Shown here: in pieces, positions 58,118-64,000 of the stretch
Layout: the number at the start of each line of letters is the position of its first letter
How positions within the stretch are numbered: position 1 is the stretch's first letter
DNA from: Rhodosorus marinus CCMP1338
Lineage: Eukaryota > Plantae > Rhodophyta
NCBI GenBank assembly: GCA_029953675.1
Contig: JAMWBK010000006.1
Coordinates: 1,798,001-1,862,000, forward strand
DNA: 64,000 nt
Direction: 5' to 3'
The notes under the pieces: model-generated
Told to the model about the DNA's origin: nothing
The model's input: the letters and a program-made list of their open reading frames with translations, nothing else
The model's database searches: none
Made by a program: the position numbers and the translations under genes

Positions 58118-61100
58118 TATTCGCGATCAACGGGATCTTCCTTAGCTCCCCCCAAAAAAGCTTCCTTTCAAAGCCAAAAAAACAACCTCAGTCCCTCAGA
58201 ACAAGAGGACAAAACAGCCCTAAAGTGCCTTCAACTTCCTACGCCCTCTCCTCTCACTCCCCCCTCCCCCCGCTATGAAAGCTGAGGCTAAGCATGAAAC
58301 ACACCTTTTTAAGCAGAGTCCTAAGCACATAACGCAAACGGCTCGGAAATTGCAATAGGAGACCCACGTGAAAAAAAAGAAAGAAAAAAAGAGAGAGATT
58401 CACGATTTCCAATAATTTTTTCTTCGAGTTGATTGGATAATGAAAGATGCCAATTTTTTGACACTCGCTAGCGCCCCCAGTGTGTAAGCCAGCGAATGGG
58501 AGAGGCTGTGAGATTCCCGGCGGGAGCGATGGTCTCAAGAAAATCAATTTACATGAGGCATGTCATAATACCCTTCGAAAAAAAAAGCCGAACTCAGACT
58601 AGACATACTGAATATTTTCCTATTATATAGAACTTCATATTTCCAAACCCCATCCTCCCCCCGGTCCGCGTTGACACAAACTCGGCCAGCGTGAAATTGA
58701 TTTGGTATTGTCGTGTTTACAATAGGAAGTCCCAGATATGCAAAATTGATTATTATTATGAGAGTGGGACACCAGGAGGCATCTATCCTTTACCCCCCCT
58801 TAGAAGAACTTTATTTCCATGCGCTGCTTTTTTTTTTTTTTTTTCTTGTGTAATGACGTGATTGGTTGGTACTCGCATGTCCACTAATTTTCTAGTGCGT
58901 CGCTGGTTTCGATTTTGGTTCATGGCGAGATTGCCGTGAAGGGGCGTGGTCCATAACCCTAGTACCATTTTCAACCAGAAAATGATATTCTCGCCAATTC
59001 TGTAGGTCGGGGGAGGGGGGCATGATGGTAGAATGGCAGCAAACAATGCCTCTGATCTTCGATGTCTCCGTTTCTAGTTAATATGCCTGAACCAATTATG
59101 TGCAATGTATAGGAGCCGTAAACAGATTGAAAGCATTTCGTTGGTTCAAACCTTAACGGTATTGATAGAGAAAATTTGTTTTTAAAAACGCCTCGGTGAG
59201 TTCAAATGGATAAGTTTTAATTCGCGGTCGAGGTTTTTCTACAGCCAGTAAAAAGTCGTATACGTTGCAACCTTGGTAATATAAGAACATAATTGGATGA
59301 CCACCTTTGAAAAAGTCAGCCGATCCGTTTTTTTCATCCGTCCTACGATTTAAACACTAACGACCTTGAATATTAAAAAAATAAGCCTCACACGAACGGC
59401 AAATGAGATTCAAAGCTTTCAAAGAAGCCCACACTCCCTGAGTTCTTTTATCTCAAATAAAATCTAAGAAAATCGTTTTGTCAATCCGATCGGTGATCTT
59501 TTCCCCGGAGCGTAGGTTTCAATATAGATCACATTTTGCGGAAAAAAATCCTCACCCTCTTTCAATGCGTATCGACCCAAAAACCTCCAAAAAGTATAAA
59601 TAATTTTCCTCTTTGAGAATTTTTTTGGGGGGGTGAGGAGATCTCAAGCTTGATGGTACTTGTTTTCTAAATATTTGAAGAGATTTGTCGTCACCCATTT
59701 TGAAAGAAAAGTAATGAGATAGATATCTCATGACCCTTGATGCTCAAGGCTCAAGAGAAGGCTGAATTGCTTTTTGCAAAAAGTCTGTTTTACTTTCCAG
59801 CATGGTGGGGGGGTCGGATCGCTCAACGGGATTGCTTCGCGCCATTTTCGAAATTTTTTTTTCATCCGTTTTTTTTTCGGTTTGTTTAAAAGCTGCTGGT
59901 TTGTGCTGGATATGTATCTCGCCTGGCGGATGGCGACCTTTGAGCTTGTATCTTACCTGAAAGTTGGTTGCTGCCAAAGGGTTTTCAGTGAAGTTGTTCC
60001 CTATTGTCCAGATTGGTAGGTTTCGAGAAAGAGCCATCAAAAATGCAATGATCGCGACAACTGTATCGTAGTTTTGCTTGTGTAGATCAGGTTGGCTTTG
60101 GGTGCGGCAATAAAGGCTATGGAAGTAGAGTTTGGGTGTGTATCAACTAAAGAGAGCAGAATCGCTGTCGCCCGAACCAATACCTTCCCGTCCGGGATGT
60201 TTTTGGAGAATAGTTGGAGGCATCGTGTTGTCCACATGCAGAAGCTGCAACAGGACAACACAGTGATTTGGCCGACATCTCACGCTTTCAGAAACGAGCT
60301 TGTCCATCACAAATATAGACGTTAAGAAAAGCTGGTCTCATAGTCGGGATAGTGGTTACAAACCTGTACGAATCTGAACCCGACTCGACGCCAAAACCTG
60401 ACCAACCTGACCCAATATCCAAGACCAGATACCCCACAACTACCATGGACTCACGGCCTAAACTGCAAGCGCCGCAGCCTGAGAAGGCATGCCATTGACA
60501 TCGGTAAGTTTCTCGACAAGCACGCACGCGCAAACTGGGTTCGGCTGGCTGACCCAGTCGAGGATTCAAAAGCGTACAAGATAAACCGCAGGGATGCCAA
60601 ACATGCAGTTCAGACCTCTAGAAATACGGTGGCGTTGGAAGGCACACCATAAAACTCAACGGAGAGGAAATGCGACTGCTCCCCATCGCGATGGTGAAGA
60701 AGGATTGAGAGTATCAATGCGCTTTCTGGGCTTCAAAGTTGGATGCCCACAGAAAGGCGTCTGCCTTGAATTTGGATTCATAAGCCAGGTGATGGCTGAG
60801 AGCAGTTCCGACGACGTCCTTAGACGCGTTCTACACCCCTTCATGTTATTCGTCATGGCAATCTGACCGCTACAGCCGTCTCTGTTCTATCCATTTATTT
60901 CCAATGCTCTCAAGCCCTTTCCGACCTTCTCTACTGGCTAAAAGGGAACCAAAGCTGCAAAACATCTGGTACGCTGAGAATCCCGGCCTTGAAAACAAGT
61001 TCTTCTCAGGACGTTTCGCCGACAACTCGTAAACGATCAATGGTTTCCGAGCAAGGAGCCCGCCAGCGGATACCGCGTGGACCGCAAAGAGTCCCTAAAT

Positions 61101-61134
61101 AGAGTTATCACCAAGGAGTAGGGCAACTCTCTCA

Positions 61135-62298
61135 TCAATGAGGAGACCATTCTTGAGCTTTCACTGTCAGAGGTGGTTTGAGTATCAAATGCTGCGACCC
61201 TATCAGCTCAAGCTCTGCCATTGGGGCCATTCCTTGATTTCCGTGCTCGTACGTTCTGCTCAGAATTGCAGCTGTAGTGGAAAATGCATATTCACATGCT
61301 TCCATAAGCGGTCTCGGGTTAGATCCTGTCAAATGCGCCAGGACGACTGCAGCAGTGAGGTCACCGCTCCCTGTAAAATGAGCAGGAATCCTCTCTATCT
61401 CGAAGGTAAACCTGCGAAAAGGATTCGGTCATTCTGGTCAGGTCGGCCCGAGCAAGCACTGGAGATAGCAGGCTGTGAGCGAGTTTTCTTCATACATCTC
61501 TCGATCTTGGGTCTTGGAGACTCTGCTCGCGTAGGCCATGATGAACTGAGTCTCACTGCTTATTGATGAAGTAACGATTACAGTTTTCGGGCCCAACTTG
61601 TGAAGCTTCAGGCATGCTTCAAAAACCTCCTTTTTCGTCCTCGGTTCGGAGCCCCAAGACTCATCTTCTCCGGTAAGAACCTAAATTACAGAGAATCACC
61701 TTGGCCTCAATTGACAATCTCCTGGAGGACTCCCCTTTTTGCAAGAAGCTTACCCCGAGTTCGAACGCATTGGGGGTTATGATGTCAGCCTGGGGGAGAA
61801 CCTCCTCCCTATATACAGTCGCCAAACCCCGTTCCGTATAATAAACACCGTCGTCCCCAAGAACCGGGTCGCAAACAAAAATCAGGCCTGGATTGACCTT
61901 CACCAACGTCTGATGAACTTCCAAGAGCGTCCGGAGAAAAGACTCCGTGCCAACGTACCCGGTGAGCAAGTGACTGCTGCAAAGAGGTTTACATACCGGA
62001 GAACATGACAAGTTAGCAACATCAGAACATTTCATTCGTGATTACACGTCAGAGAGACCTACATGTGATGAAGCAGATCATTTGACTTCATTCCTTCTAT
62101 CAAGTCCAGCAGCTCTTCCCCGCTCAACTTCTGGCCAGTCCATCCTTGTCTATACCCCGTATGGTTGCTGAACTGGACGGAGTTTATGATATCTACTTCA
62201 AACCCAAGCAATTGCAGAGGGAATACAGCAGACTTATTCCCAACATACCCTGACACGACGCTACTTTGAATCGATAAAACTCTCCCATTGACCCCCAT
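61135..62298 (-). CDS. pdxK: Pyridoxal kinase (multi-exon)
   Basis: [61 protein letters not shown] and [10 protein letters not shown]. Confidence 0.96.
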
Positions 62299-63757
62299 AC
62301 CCGGTCCCGGAACCAACAAAGGTCCGACGAACACCGGACCCCAAAAAAATCACAAAAACGCAAACCAAAGAATCCAAGCTCACCATGCAATGTCAGTCAC
62401 GGAACTATTTCAGCTCGAGTTCTTCCCTTCACTTGCAATAATTAAATACCGGCTCCACCTCCCTTCCGTTTCTTCCCTGCATCTCAACCAGAAGGACCAG
62501 AAGCAAAGCGCAAGCGTCTCCTTCGTCGTTTTCATCTCCTTCCCCAAGCAAGCCATACATTTTCTCTTGTGTTTTAAGATTTTAGACCATTCCTATACAT
62601 GTTTCCTATTGAAAACAAAACTATTATACCCTTAAGCCAATAATATATTTTTAGGGGTTTACTTCTATCCAATACTTTCTATCTATAGAGTTGAAGAGTA
62701 TTTTTAATCGAATTAGTGTCTTCAGAGTGAGGAGACGCAAAAAAATGTTGTAATGACGAGAAAGTATTTTTGGGTGCGCGGTTTGGGGTGAACGTACACT
62801 TTAGCACTGCAACCAACTGGGAAACAAACATTTCTTCCTGCTTTTGTGGTGGGTTGGAATGACGATCTATTTGAGTAAGGAGAGCTCTACCTGGAATTGA
62901 AAGGGTCAGTGAGGAGTGCAAGCCGGATGCAAAGGAGAGGTTTCCAAGTGGAATCGTGGATGCGTTTGCAGTTGCGCACTGCCGGGACGGGTTCAGAGCC
63001 TGTGCACAGTCGGAACATATTGAACTTTCCTACTAACTATGAGTGATTTCCCTGTACAACAATCGTCTTTTATTTAGTGGGTGAAGCGGTAATCTTAAAG
63101 CAAAAAACGGCCACAAACGGTAGCTCCCTGTCAAATGGGAATGCCGACCCCAGCAGTGGACTAAACGAACACATGTCGAGAGGGTATTCATTATTTCCGA
63201 CAAGCTGGACGACGATGAACTGGAAAATTGTCTGAATCAATTCCTGAGGGTTGTCGTTCAACCTGTCCGGCACGCCCTATTTCACTTCCATGCCCATCGT
63301 CAGTCATTCGCACCATCCTACATTTTACTAAATTGTTTTAGAAAATAATCCTCCATATCCATCTAGTTATTACCTTAATTGTATATATCATCCTCCGCCC
63401 TAATTGGACACATTCCTCGTGTAACTATTACTAAAATTTAAGAGCAGCTAAAACAAGCCAATTTTTTCCGCAACTGAGTATTCCGGTTGTTTTTACTTAG
63501 ATCTAGTATTTTCACTCTTCCTATTTCTATATTAAAAGTAAGTAATCCTTATGGGACCTTTTTAAGGCTTGAATTCTTATTTATGACATATCGCTCCCTA
63601 GACTACCTAAATAAAATATAGTTTCGTTGCTTCGATTGAAAAAGTACCTATTTTCATTAGGAGGTTGGCTTGCTGGCAATGGTGAGGTCCGGAGGAGCGC
63701 CAGACAACCTTTTAGGACCTTCAGCTAGTCGATGATTAAAAAAGCTTAGTAGCTGTC

Positions 63758-64000
63758 ATGCCTGAAGAACTCATCGAAAAGCCGTGTGAGGTAGGATCTG
63801 ACTCTCGATCACTAGTGGACGGAGGGGTTCCCTGGGTCCAGGAACGATGCGAAGGGACTGACGAAGCGCATGGCAAATTGAACGTTTTTGTGCCTTCCAG
63901 GATTTTTTCGAGACTGCTTTTCAGCGAAAAGAAGCGGGCAATCGTCTTATGAATGAGAAGAACCCACAGGCAGCTCTTCTCGAGTACATCACTGCGGTGT
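63758..64000 (+). CDS. TPR-containing protein, 5' part only (runs off the right edge)
   Basis: MPEELIEKPCE, an intron to 63900, then DFFETAFQRKEAGNRLMNEKNPQAALLEYITAV, a typical TPR helix (K..GN.L......AL..Y..A). Confidence 0.7.

Noticed and set aside
58560-59740. AT-rich 1.2-kb gap as a possible transposon remnant
   Set aside because: I found no terminal inverted repeats, target-site duplication or transposase/RT-like frame by eye.
60288-60569. Actin-like LVLDIGSGWSGFG motif in a minus-strand ORF
   Set aside because: No further actin-fold motifs follow. Splice signals favour an unresolved + strand gene at about 59920-60866, so this is probably antisense.
62880-63350. Possible + strand hypothetical gene (VERVFIISDKLDDDELENCLNQFL)
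   Set aside because: Isolated protein-like segments without a supported start or a consistent splice chain.
63657-64000. Uninterrupted minus-strand reading frame at the window end
   Set aside because: It is the antisense shadow of the + strand TPR gene, which has proper splice sites and a recognisable motif.

Overview
Gene-dense, intron-rich eukaryotic nuclear DNA with short GT-AG introns (mostly about 50-160 nt, often with CTAAC/CTGAC branch sites). It is most likely from a red alga (inference: two plastid-type proteins begin with MAFV transit peptides and one has a cyanobacterial-type HutX domain). Supported genes in order: clathrin heavy chain (runs off the left edge), Iojap/RsfS, a DUF202/VTC-like membrane protein, a GAT1_2.1-like glutamine amidotransferase, a WD40-only Gemin5, nuclear mitochondrial-type uS11, PDI with KDEL, a CCR4-like EEP nuclease, a poly-Q protein, a DUF1475 protein, a HutX-like protein, an R2R3-MYB, an NZF-UBX-UBX-RING protein, UTP13/TBL3, NDUFA1, a STE20 kinase with a second degenerate kinase lobe, nuclear mitochondrial-type uL16, a PA-TM-RING ligase, a small putative plastid protein, pyridoxal kinase and a TPR gene (runs off the right edge). 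I found no tRNA, rRNA, snRNA, CRISPR array or intact transposon. Non-coding signals include a near-perfect 26-bp hairpin, a CCAAT-box cluster, short tandem duplications and G-quadruplex motifs. All spliced models were assembled by hand and family calls come from remembered motifs; no database search was run.
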